Shown: positions 38,271-47,048 of the stretch, in pieces
Position numbering within the stretch: the first letter of the stretch is position 1
Layout of the letters: every line of letters starts with the position of its first letter
From: a virus
Virus record (IMG/VR): IMGVR_UViG_3300030099_006944
Location: 64,001 to 128,000 of that record
Strand: one strand, 5' to 3'
DNA length: 64,000 bases
The notes under the pieces: model-generated
The model's input: only the letters and a program-made list of their open reading frames with translations
Databases searched by the model: none
Told to the model about the DNA's origin: nothing
Position numbers and translations under genes: made by a program

Positions 38271-38688
38271 GAATGAATTGAAAAAAATCCTTAAACCTTT
38301 AATTAAAGAGTGTATTAAAGAAGTGATTTTTGAAGACGGAACTCTTTCGACTATTATATCTGAGGTTATGAAAGGAACTTCTTCTCAAAATGTCGTTTAT
38401 GAAGCAAAACAACCTAGGTTAGAAACTAAGCAAGAAGCCGATCAGCGACTGCAACGGAAACAGAAACAACTTCAAGAACAAAAACGAAAGATGTTAGACG
38501 CCATAGGAAAAGATTCCTACAATGGCGTTAATATATTTGAAGGAACTACACCAATGGCTGCTAGCAAAGAATCAACAATGTCACCACATGGAGCAAAAGC
38601 GCTGGATGGTGTTGCCCCAAATGATCCCGGAGTTGATATATCTTCGTTCGCATCAAGCGGTATTTGGAAAAAATTGGCAGGAAATTAA
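38263..38688 (+). CDS. Putative prohead core protein
   Basis: ATG 38263 after GGAG. MNKNELKKILKPLIKECIKEVIFE is leader-like. Lies next to the protease gene. Confidence 0.45.
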   Translation: MNKNELKKILKPLIKECIKEVIFEDGTLSTIISEVMKGTSSQNVVYEAKQPRLETKQEADQRLQRKQKQLQEQKRKMLDAIGKDSYNGVNIFEGTTPMAASKESTMSPHGAKALDGVAPNDPGVDISSFASSGIWKKLAGN

Positions 38689-38901
38689 ATGGCTACAAAT
38701 CATATAGAAAAACCTCGAAAGAATGAGGACCCAAATCGATTTATAAAAAGATTTATAAAAAAATGTAAGAAACTTGGCATAATTGACGAGGTTAAAGAGA
38801 GACGATATCACACTAAACCATCCGTAAAAAAACGACTCGCCAAGAAACGAGCGATCGCTAGACATAAGAAAGAACAGCGAAAAAGACAAAGAAGTAACTA
38901 G
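38689..38901 (+). CDS. rpsU: Phage-encoded ribosomal protein bS21
   Basis: 70 aa and highly basic. NEDPNRFIKRFIKKCKKLGIIDEVKERRYHTKPSVKKR matches the bS21 pattern E.....LRRFKK.....G...E.R.R..Y.KPS..R. Confidence 0.85.
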   Translation: MATNHIEKPRKNEDPNRFIKRFIKKCKKLGIIDEVKERRYHTKPSVKKRLAKKRAIARHKKEQRKRQRSN

Positions 38902-38924
38902 TTAGGGAAGAAGGAGATTTAGGT

Positions 38925-39395
38925 ATGTCATTTCACAAACATAATAGTTGGGGAAGAACTAGGAGCCCAAAGAATATTGCGGGACCTCCCGGTACCGAAG
39001 TTGTTGTTGAAGCCAACACGAATAGTCTATTATCCGGCGCTACTGATTACAAACTAGCTGGTTATGCTACGCAAAATCAAAGATATTTACATATTCTTAT
39101 AACAGACAAAAACCAAAGCGCCCCAGCCGCTGTTACAATTTTTGGATATTGTCATGCCTTTGAGAGATGGTTTGAGATAGAAGCGCAAACAACAGGGACT
39201 GCTGTTTCAGCAGCATCAGCCAACACTGCTCCCACTGCTGCTTCTATCACTGTGGCGGATTCCGGTCGAGCACCGGGTGCACAAGTACCTAGCGACACAG
39301 AATACCGAACTTACGAAATCGCCGGTATCGATCGAGTGGCTTTTGTTGGAGTAACTGCCAATGTTAGTGTTTTCGCAGCGTGTAGCACCTTCTAA
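38925..39395 (+). CDS. Hypothetical beta-rich protein (putative head decoration)
   Basis: AAGGAG RBS. Ala/Thr-rich and first gene of the fibre cluster. Confidence 0.45.
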   Translation: MSFHKHNSWGRTRSPKNIAGPPGTEVVVEANTNSLLSGATDYKLAGYATQNQRYLHILITDKNQSAPAAVTIFGYCHAFERWFEIEAQTTGTAVSAASANTAPTAASITVADSGRAPGAQVPSDTEYRTYEIAGIDRVAFVGVTANVSVFAACSTF

Positions 39396-39414
39396 TTAAA
39401 CTAGGAGGTAGCCA

Positions 39415-42400
39415 ATGGCGGATGGCATAGATTATGGTTGGGCGTATGTAGCGCAGAACATTGTTACCGGAGCAGGTGGAAACCTAGGTTCAATTCAGTT
39501 TAAGTCAAATGATGTTGACATATCTGGGTCAAATGCTCTAACTTATGATTACGCTACAACTACTTTAATATTGTCCGGAACACTTCACGTTTCAGGTACA
39601 ATTAATGCTAACGCTCTCAATTTAGATGTTACAAACAAAACTGTCACCAACTTAACCGCTACGGGTTCAACAAAGTTCGGAGACTCTGCTGACGATACTC
39701 ACATACTAACTGGTAGTACTACTTTAACCGGTTCCAATCCGCTTACATTGTTGGGTTTGGCTTCGGGCTCATTAGCCGGAGCAGGAAGTTTTTTAGGCCT
39801 AAACGCCAATAATCAGTTAGTCTTAACAGCCTCTTCTGATGTCACATTGCCTGTAACAGCCTTAAACAACCAATCAGCTAATCGCTTGGTCTCAATAGGG
39901 TCTACCACCACCGAGTTAGATGGAGAGGCTAATTTGACCTTTGACGGCTCGAAACTGAGTGTTACCGGTGAACTTACATCCTCCATAGGAGTTTCAGCAT
40001 CTATTGGTCGCTATACCGAGCTTACATCCAGTAATATAAAAGCTACCGGAATTACTGCTACCACAATCGCCGGAACACTATCAACGGCTGCACAAACGAA
40101 CATAACATCTGTCGGAGACCTAACAGGACTAACTGTTGATACAACAACATTGGTGGTAAATGGTACCAGCAATAAGGTTGCCATTGGCCGCGCAGCCGCA
40201 GATAAAAAATTAGAGGTAGTCGACAGTTCAGATTCGCAACTAAGATTGACTCACACAACTTCACCAGCCAGATATACCGACTTTCGATCGACATCGGATG
40301 GTTATTTAAATATCTCTCCATCCGGAGGAAGAGTTGGTATTGGAACAACAACTCCAACGGCTGAACTGGCTATAACTGGTGCTGCTCATATTTCTGGTAA
40401 TCTTGGTGTCGGGACAACTTCTCCGGCTTACAAATTAGATGTCGGAGGAAATGCTAGAATAACTGGTAATCTTATTGTCAGCGGAACATTGAACGCCAGA
40501 GTCACAGATTTTCAGGTATCCGCTAATACCTTAACACTAGGGGATGCCTCTGGTGATGCCATCACCATCAACGCGGCAACTGTAGCAGCACCAAATGGTT
40601 TAAATTTTGATTCAAATACTTTTGTCATTGATGCCGGAAATAACAGGGTTGGAATTGGTATCGCAAATCCTACTTATGATCTGGAAGTAGCTGGTAACGC
40701 TGGTATTGATGAGTATATATATCACAATGACGATGCCGATACGTATTTGAGGTTTCAGGACGATGATCTAGAGTTTCAAGTTGGCGGCAAATCTATGATC
40801 AAAATAGACGAGGACACTAAATCTAAAATATTATTCAATAAGGATGGAGATAGTACGAGTGTCGGTATCGGAACAGACAATCCCGAAGCAGAATTACATG
40901 TATCAGGAACAATAATAGCAATTAAAAACGTAGCAGTCACCGGTAGTATTACAGGTAGTGCTTTAACTGATGGCACTGTTAAGGTTACCGGAGGAAACAT
41001 ATTAAGCGTTGGAACTCTGTCAGCCACCAATATAACTGGTACGCTGGGTACTGCGGCACAAACAAATATAACTTCCGTTGGTAACTTATCTGGTTTAACT
41101 GTTGATTCTACAACACTGGTTGTTAACGGAACATCTAACAAGGTCGCGATTGGAAGGGCAGCAGCAGATAAGAAGTTGGAAATTGTTGACTCCTCTGATG
41201 CACAATTAAGATTAACGCACACTACTTCTCCGGCAAAATATGTAGATTTCAGAGCCACTTCCGACGGGAACCTGTACTTGGCGCCGAACGGAAACAAAAT
41301 TGGTATCGGCACAGCTTTACCAACACAAACATTGTCTGTGTCTGGTACGTTTGATATATCAGCTAGTGCTAACCCAATGAAGATACACGGATTGCAATCA
41401 GCAACAGCGACAACTTCAAGCTTCTTAGCTTTGGATTCAAACAATAACTTGATCTTAACTAGTTCTGGAACTGTTGTGACTGAATATGTGTCTGCTTCTA
41501 TCTTGACGTATACTAATCCTGCCAACAATCGATTGGTTACTAGTGTCGATGCCACATCTGTTAACAGCGAGGCCAATCTAACATTCGATGGAACAGATTT
41601 GACAGTTGGTGGTGGTGGATCAATATATGTTGACAAAATCAGAAGATCATCAGATAGCGGAACTACTACAAAAATCCTTCTTGATGATGAACAATTAAAG
41701 TTTTATACCGGACATGCCTCAGATGAAGTTGTAAATGTTCAGAGTGGAGTAGTAACAATCGACGGTAGGATGACAGGACTTTCTTCGTTGACATCCTCTG
41801 TTATTAATAACGATCATTTGACATCTTCCTTTGGTAAGTTCACAACAGTTACCGCTACAAATCTAGCCGGCACCCTAACCACAGCCGCGCAAACTAACAT
41901 AACATCTGTTGGTAACTTAACATCTTTAACTGTCGATTCAACAACCTTGGTAGTAAAAGCTACAACCAGCAGAGTTGGTATTGGTCGTTCAGGTCCGGTT
42001 AAGAAACTTGAAGTCTCGGACAATTCTGCTGCTCAAATGAGATTAACTCACACCAACGATTCAAAGTTCACTGATTTTCACACCACCACGGACGGGTATT
42101 TAATAATTGATCCGAGCCATGACAGGATCGGTATTGGTACAACCACTCCTACTTCCACTCTTGCTCTAAGTGGCACCCTACACATATCAGCTTCAGCCAA
42201 CCCGGTGAAGCTTTTGGGGGTTCAATCCGGATCATTGGCCGGAGAAGGGAGTTATCTGGGCTTGGATGCATCCGGACAGTTAGTGATAACAGCATCCTCC
42301 GGAGGAACAGTCACAATTAACAATGATGCCGACAACCGAGTGGTAACTGCTGGTGGAGACAGTTCTATTAATGGTGAAGCAAATCTTTTATTTGACGGCA

Positions 42401-42717
42401 ACACACTAACAGTTAATGGCGGGGTAACATACAAGAGGAGAGCAGTCACTTCTGCAACTACTGCTTCATTGAATGATTATTATTTGGGTGTCTCTGCTAG
42501 TTCTACTTTGGAGATTAGATTGCCCGGAGCAGAAGGATTAACAGCCGGTCAGACATATACAATCAAAGATGAGGCCGGTAATGCTGGTGATAACAATATT
42601 AAAGTTCTGGCTAGTGGTTCACAAAAAATCGATGGCGGATCATTTATTACTTTGGAATCACCTTATGCTGCTGTCAACATATACACAAACGGTGTCGATA
42701 AATATTTTGTTTTCTAA
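39415..42717 (+). CDS. Modular fibre protein (1100 aa) with C-terminal T4 gp9/gp10-like domain
   Basis: Three copies of TAAQTNITSVG.L..LTVD.TTLVV...KKLE..D.S..Q.RLTHT, repeated V/IGIGT motifs, and C-terminal LP...G....IKD...IDG...LESPYAAV. Confidence 0.65.
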   Translation: MADGIDYGWAYVAQNIVTGAGGNLGSIQFKSNDVDISGSNALTYDYATTTLILSGTLHVSGTINANALNLDVTNKTVTNLTATGSTKFGDSADDTHILTGSTTLTGSNPLTLLGLASGSLAGAGSFLGLNANNQLVLTASSDVTLPVTALNNQSANRLVSIGSTTTELDGEANLTFDGSKLSVTGELTSSIGVSASIGRYTELTSSNIKATGITATTIAGTLSTAAQTNITSVGDLTGLTVDTTTLVVNGTSNKVAIGRAAADKKLEVVDSSDSQLRLTHTTSPARYTDFRSTSDGYLNISPSGGRVGIGTTTPTAELAITGAAHISGNLGVGTTSPAYKLDVGGNARITGNLIVSGTLNARVTDFQVSANTLTLGDASGDAITINAATVAAPNGLNFDSNTFVIDAGNNRVGIGIANPTYDLEVAGNAGIDEYIYHNDDADTYLRFQDDDLEFQVGGKSMIKIDEDTKSKILFNKDGDSTSVGIGTDNPEAELHVSGTIIAIKNVAVTGSITGSALTDGTVKVTGGNILSVGTLSATNITGTLGTAAQTNITSVGNLSGLTVDSTTLVVNGTSNKVAIGRAAADKKLEIVDSSDAQLRLTHTTSPAKYVDFRATSDGNLYLAPNGNKIGIGTALPTQTLSVSGTFDISASANPMKIHGLQSATATTSSFLALDSNNNLILTSSGTVVTEYVSASILTYTNPANNRLVTSVDATSVNSEANLTFDGTDLTVGGGGSIYVDKIRRSSDSGTTTKILLDDEQLKFYTGHASDEVVNVQSGVVTIDGRMTGLSSLTSSVINNDHLTSSFGKFTTVTATNLAGTLTTAAQTNITSVGNLTSLTVDSTTLVVKATTSRVGIGRSGPVKKLEVSDNSAAQMRLTHTNDSKFTDFHTTTDGYLIIDPSHDRIGIGTTTPTSTLALSGTLHISASANPVKLLGVQSGSLAGEGSYLGLDASGQLVITASSGGTVTINNDADNRVVTAGGDSSINGEANLLFDGNTLTVNGGVTYKRRAVTSATTASLNDYYLGVSASSTLEIRLPGAEGLTAGQTYTIKDEAGNAGDNNIKVLASGSQKIDGGSFITLESPYAAVNIYTNGVDKYFVF

Positions 42718-42794
42718 AAACCCGGGTTCTCCGCGAGTTATTAATCGACTCCAAAAAAATATATTTTTTTTCATGACTTTTCGAAAATACTCAA

Positions 42795-42802
42795 ACTAAT
42801 TA
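42795..42802 (+). promoter_or_regulatory. Candidate late-promoter motif ACTAATTA
   Basis: Intergenic, 81 nt before ATG 42884. Confidence 0.6.
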
Positions 42803-42883
42803 TACATCGAGGACCCCGAGTGTGTCGGGGTTCTTGGCATTTTTATGCCTTTAAAAACCATAATTCTTAGGAGGAAATAAAAT

Positions 42884-45694
42884 ATGGCTTATAAATTTCA
42901 ATTAGGTGAATTCCGTGCTTCGGGTTCACTTATTCAAGAAGGATCGATTACTTCTGATGGTACATTGAAGTTGGATGGGGTTGCTGACGCTGCTGCTGAT
43001 GTTTCTGCCGACAGTTTGTACTTTTTAGATGGTGATGGTCTTGTAAAGCGTGAAAGTTTTGCTGATTACGCTGCTTCTGTTGCTGGTGCTGGTTTGGCTG
43101 CTTCGTCCGGTGTTCTTTCCGTAGACATCGATGAGTTGGCTGCTCTTGGTGGAGCTTCTCTTCACCAAACTGAAGACCATTTCATGGTTTCTGACAATGG
43201 TACCGAGAAAAAAGTTACTTTCTCTAACTTAGAAGATTCTATCTTCGCAAACGTTTCTGGTGATGCTACTATCGCTGCTGGTGGTGCTTTAACAATTGCT
43301 GCTGCTGCTGTTGAGCACGGTATGCTCAATGACAACATTATCTCTGGCCAAGATGAATTGGCTCACGCTGATATCGCTGATGCTGATGAGTTGATGATTT
43401 CTGACGCTGGTACAATCAAAAGAGTTGGTGTTGACAGTCTTCGTGATCACTTCTTCGGTGTTGTTAGTGGTGACGCTACAATTGCTGACGGCGGTGCTCT
43501 TACTATCGCTGCTAACGCCGTTGAAGACTCAATGGTTAACGATAACGTCGCAACAGGTCTTGCTGGTGACGGTCTTGCTGCGTCTTCTGGTGTTCTTGCT
43601 GTTCAAGTTTCTGGTGCTCTTAAAATCGAATCCGATAAAGTGGGTATCTCTGGTTCTTTCGCAGACAATGGTCTTAAATATATCGGCGGTGAAGACTCTA
43701 TCTTAGGTGTTGAGTTGGATATCGACGGTATCAAAGATGCTCTCGGCGGGACAGGTATCGCACAAGCTGATAAATTCGCATTTTCTGATGATGGTACTAC
43801 AAAAACTGTTACTTTCTCAAATCTTGAAGACGCAATCTTTGGAAACATTTCTGGTGATGCTACTGTGGCTGCTGGTGGTGCTTTAACAATCGCTGCAAAT
43901 GCTGTTGAAGGATCTATGATCAATTCAAACGCTGCTGGTAATGGTCTTGCTTATGGCTCAAACGCGCTTAACCTCGACCTTAATGAGTTGACTGCTGCTT
44001 CTATTGACGTTTCTGCTGATAGTATCGCTATAATTGATGCTGACGATTCTAACGCATCTAAAAAAGAATCAATTGCTGATCTTGCTACTGCTATGGCTGG
44101 TGGTGGTCTTGTTGCCTCTAACGGTGCTTTCCACCTCGACCACAACGAATTGGGCGCGGCTGCTGTTGATGTTGCTAATGACTCTTTTGCTTTTATCGCT
44201 TCTGGTGATTCTAACAAAACTCGTAAAGAATCAGTTGCAGATTTGATCACAGCAATTGCTGGTGGTGCTCTTTCTGCAACTTCTGGTGTACTTGCTGTTG
44301 CAGTTTCCGGTGCTATTAAGATTGATTCTGATAAGATTGGTCTTACTGGTTCTATTGCTGGTAATGGTCTTAAATATGATGGTGGAGTTAACTCTATCTC
44401 TCAACTAGCTCTTGATGCAAATCCAGACTCTTTTACTGTTGATTCAGATGGTCTTTCTTTGGCCGCTAACGTTGCTGGTGCTGGTATTAATTTAGCTGCT
44501 GGTGTTCTTTCGGTTGATATCGATGAGTTGAGTGCACTTGGTGGTGCTTCTATTGCACAAGGTGACAATCTTTTGGTTTCTGATGCAGGCACTGAAAAGA
44601 AAGTTACTTTCTCTAACTTAGAAGATTCTATCTTCGCAAACGTTTCTGGTGATGCTACTGTTGCTGCCGGTGGTGCTCTTACTATCGCTGCTAACGCTGT
44701 TGAAGGCTCTATGCTTAATACAGATGTTATCTCTGCTCAAACTGCTTTGGCTTCTGGTCTTGCAGCTACTGACGAGTTGATGGTTAGTGATGCTGGAACT
44801 CTTAAGAGAATGGATGTTTCTGTTCTTGGTGATTTCTTAGGTGGTGGTGCTGGTATCACTGTTAGTTCTGGTGAACTTTCAGTTTCTGCTGCTCAAACTT
44901 CAATCACTTCTATCATTAATTCTGGAATCGGTAAGATTGGTACTGCTGCTAATCAAGAGTATATTGATTTCGGTACAGCGGATGAAGTTCATCTTTGTGT
45001 GAACGACGCTCCGGCACTTGTTGCTACTGCAACTGGTGTTACTGTTGAAGGTGATCTTACAGTACTAGGTACTACCACTACTGTAAATTCTACTACAATC
45101 AATATTTCTAGCTCTTTCACGTTTGAAGGCCCAGCAGACGATCATGAGACTATTCTCACTTGTGCTACTCCTGTTGCTGATACTACAATCGAGCTTCCTC
45201 AATTGAGCGCCGGTACTTACTACTTGCCAGCATTGTCTGCTGATCCGGGCACTACTGCAATTGCTGCTACTGTTGCTGAATTAAACATCATGGATGGTGA
45301 TACTTCATTCGCAACTGGTATTACTATTTCTGATTCTGCTGATGGTTTCGTATTTAATGATGGCGGAGTTATGAAGCAACTCAGAGCTGATGAGGTAAAA
45401 GGATATGTTCAAGGTTTGGATATTCAAAACATTGATGATAGCGGTACTCTTAAAAGAGGATTTAACTACTTCTCATCTTTGGGTGGCGCTGAGTCTTGTA
45501 CTCTTCCAGCTAGTCCAGTTGTAGGTGATATTGTATACGTTAAAGCTCCTTCTAATTGTAGCTCGACTAACACTATTACAATCAACAAAGCAGGTTCTCA
45601 AACAATTGACGGTCAAACCGCTCTTGTATTAGAATCTCCTTATGCTGCTGTTTCCTTGTGTTACATCTCTGCTGATCTTTGGAGCATCTTCTAA
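42884..45694 (+). CDS. Repetitive Ala/Asp/Gly-rich fibre or decoration protein, probably high-copy
   Basis: AGGAGG RBS. Four VSGDAT(I/V)A.GGALTIAA.AVE repeats. C-terminal domain shared with 39415. Strong GCT/GGT/TCT codon bias like the capsid gene. Confidence 0.65.
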   Translation: MAYKFQLGEFRASGSLIQEGSITSDGTLKLDGVADAAADVSADSLYFLDGDGLVKRESFADYAASVAGAGLAASSGVLSVDIDELAALGGASLHQTEDHFMVSDNGTEKKVTFSNLEDSIFANVSGDATIAAGGALTIAAAAVEHGMLNDNIISGQDELAHADIADADELMISDAGTIKRVGVDSLRDHFFGVVSGDATIADGGALTIAANAVEDSMVNDNVATGLAGDGLAASSGVLAVQVSGALKIESDKVGISGSFADNGLKYIGGEDSILGVELDIDGIKDALGGTGIAQADKFAFSDDGTTKTVTFSNLEDAIFGNISGDATVAAGGALTIAANAVEGSMINSNAAGNGLAYGSNALNLDLNELTAASIDVSADSIAIIDADDSNASKKESIADLATAMAGGGLVASNGAFHLDHNELGAAAVDVANDSFAFIASGDSNKTRKESVADLITAIAGGALSATSGVLAVAVSGAIKIDSDKIGLTGSIAGNGLKYDGGVNSISQLALDANPDSFTVDSDGLSLAANVAGAGINLAAGVLSVDIDELSALGGASIAQGDNLLVSDAGTEKKVTFSNLEDSIFANVSGDATVAAGGALTIAANAVEGSMLNTDVISAQTALASGLAATDELMVSDAGTLKRMDVSVLGDFLGGGAGITVSSGELSVSAAQTSITSIINSGIGKIGTAANQEYIDFGTADEVHLCVNDAPALVATATGVTVEGDLTVLGTTTTVNSTTINISSSFTFEGPADDHETILTCATPVADTTIELPQLSAGTYYLPALSADPGTTAIAATVAELNIMDGDTSFATGITISDSADGFVFNDGGVMKQLRADEVKGYVQGLDIQNIDDSGTLKRGFNYFSSLGGAESCTLPASPVVGDIVYVKAPSNCSSTNTITINKAGSQTIDGQTALVLESPYAAVSLCYISADLWSIF
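43211..43270 (+). repeat. 60-nt exact direct repeat, copy 1 (copy 2 at 44600-44659)
   Basis: aaagttactttctctaacttagaagattctatcttcgcaaacgtttctggtgatgctact occurs identically at both sites. Confidence 0.9.
44600..44659 (+). repeat. 60-nt exact direct repeat, copy 2
   Basis: Identical to 43211-43270, 1389 nt (463 codons) apart and in frame. Confidence 0.9.
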
Positions 45695-45732
45695 TCTAAC
45701 GATTGGATTATTATCCTACAAGTTTTACTTGG

Positions 45733-45764
45733 ACGGTCGACCTTCGGGTCGGCCGTTTTCTTTT
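45733..45764 (+). terminator. Intrinsic terminator (10-bp stem, cUUCGg loop, U tract)
   Basis: acggtcgacc-ttcg-ggtcggccgt-tttctttt. Confidence 0.9.
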
Positions 45765-45795
45765 ATGTTTGCTAATTATTGGGAGGAGAAATTGT

Positions 45796-46977
45796 ATGAG
45801 TTATTTATATTCGAAAGGTAAAAGAATCCTAGGAGACATTGTTGGAGCAGACGATGCAGACCGAGATACTAAGATTGATTTTGAAGACGATCAAATAAAA
45901 CTTGAAACAAGTGGATCAACAAGATTTAAAATATCTGGTTCAAACGGTGCTATAACATTTAACGAAGCATTTACATTCCCAACTACTGACGGAAGTGATA
46001 AGCAGGTTTTGTCGACAGATGGCGCCGGGGCCTTATCTTGGGTTGATCAATCTAGTGGTGGTTCGGGTGGCGGAGGAATGGAATACGCCGTGGGACATGT
46101 TGATCTAACAACCAACAACAAGCCGGTTAACTGGGTTAACGCCTCTTCTATATCTGCTGCGTCTGGTATTAAATCTTGGTTTGTTGTACCCAAAGCAACA
46201 AAGATAGATAAGGTCATCGTTTCAGTCAAGGGCAATAACTTTAGCACAGCAAATGATGGTAATGTAACTTTGAGTATCTACAAGAACCAACAAAATTACG
46301 GATCTACCATAGTCAATCAGACAGTTGGAGCAGATACCTTTACGGAGAAAGTATCAAATTTCTCTGATGGCACAACAGATTGTAATCAAAAGATCTTTTC
46401 TAATTTAAATCAGTCTGTTGCCGAAGGTGATGTAATTCATATCAAAGTTGGTAAATCCGCTGGTAGTGATAAAGAAGCCATAGTCACCTTAGTTTTTGAT
46501 AGTGGCGCAGCAGCAGCAACAGAGCCGCTTGTTTTAATGGCCCACATTTCTTCTGATTTTAATGTTACAACTAGTGACACAAATGAATACTTAACAGTCC
46601 CTTTTGATAGTGTATTGAAATCTACTTTTGCTGATAGTGATTATAACACATCCACTCATACTTTTACAGCGCCGGAGGAAGGTTATTATTTTATAAACTG
46701 TTCGCTTTATCACACTAGTATAAATGATACCCCAACTCAATACCAAGTAAGAATTTCTTCATCTGCTGGTTGGGCTTACGGTGGAGCGATTGCTTTTAGA
46801 AATTACTTTCCGGAAACATCTGTGACGTCCGTGAACACTCATCGACTTGATAGAGTCGCCCATTTAAGCGGTAGTGATCAGGTTAAAGTAACGATTCGAC
46901 CAATCGCCAGCGCGGGGAGTTACGGTAGAATAACCGGTTTACCTCATGTGTCTTATCTGACGATACAAAAACTCTAA
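45796..46977 (+). CDS. Fibre/receptor-binding protein with C-terminal C1q-like domain
   Basis: Start moved to ATG 45796 after GGAGGAG. C-terminal VPFD.......YNTSTHTFTAPEEGYYFINCSL is C1q/TNF-like. Confidence 0.55.
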   Translation: MSYLYSKGKRILGDIVGADDADRDTKIDFEDDQIKLETSGSTRFKISGSNGAITFNEAFTFPTTDGSDKQVLSTDGAGALSWVDQSSGGSGGGGMEYAVGHVDLTTNNKPVNWVNASSISAASGIKSWFVVPKATKIDKVIVSVKGNNFSTANDGNVTLSIYKNQQNYGSTIVNQTVGADTFTEKVSNFSDGTTDCNQKIFSNLNQSVAEGDVIHIKVGKSAGSDKEAIVTLVFDSGAAAATEPLVLMAHISSDFNVTTSDTNEYLTVPFDSVLKSTFADSDYNTSTHTFTAPEEGYYFINCSLYHTSINDTPTQYQVRISSSAGWAYGGAIAFRNYFPETSVTSVNTHRLDRVAHLSGSDQVKVTIRPIASAGSYGRITGLPHVSYLTIQKL

Positions 46978-47008
46978 TATTTCATTTATTCCTTTTCTTG
47001 ACAACAAC

Positions 47009-47016
47009 ACTATTTA
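47009..47016 (+). promoter_or_regulatory. Candidate late-promoter motif ACTATTTA
   Basis: Intergenic, before the scaffold/capsid operon. Confidence 0.6.
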
Positions 47017-47048
47017 ATAAGAATAATAGTCTATTAGGAGATGTGTTA

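Noticed and set aside
40776-41636. 286-aa minus-strand ORF
   Set aside because: Lies wholly antisense to the fibre gene, with no RBS or promoter. It is explained by the sense strand's codon bias giving few antisense stops.
42718-42883. tRNA or known riboswitch in the intergenic gap
   Set aside because: No cloverleaf, T-loop GTTCRA or riboswitch consensus was visible.
43211-44659. Possible DGR template/variable repeat pair or CRISPR-like repeats
   Set aside because: The copies are identical with no adenine-specific mismatches, in frame within one gene, and no reverse transcriptase, cas gene or spacer periodicity is present.
46998-47027. sigma70 promoter, or TTG start, before the scaffold gene
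   Set aside because: TTGACA is present but the best -10 (AATAAT at 18-nt spacing) is imperfect. ACTATTTA and the AGGAG/ATG 47049 start explain the region better. Left unresolved.
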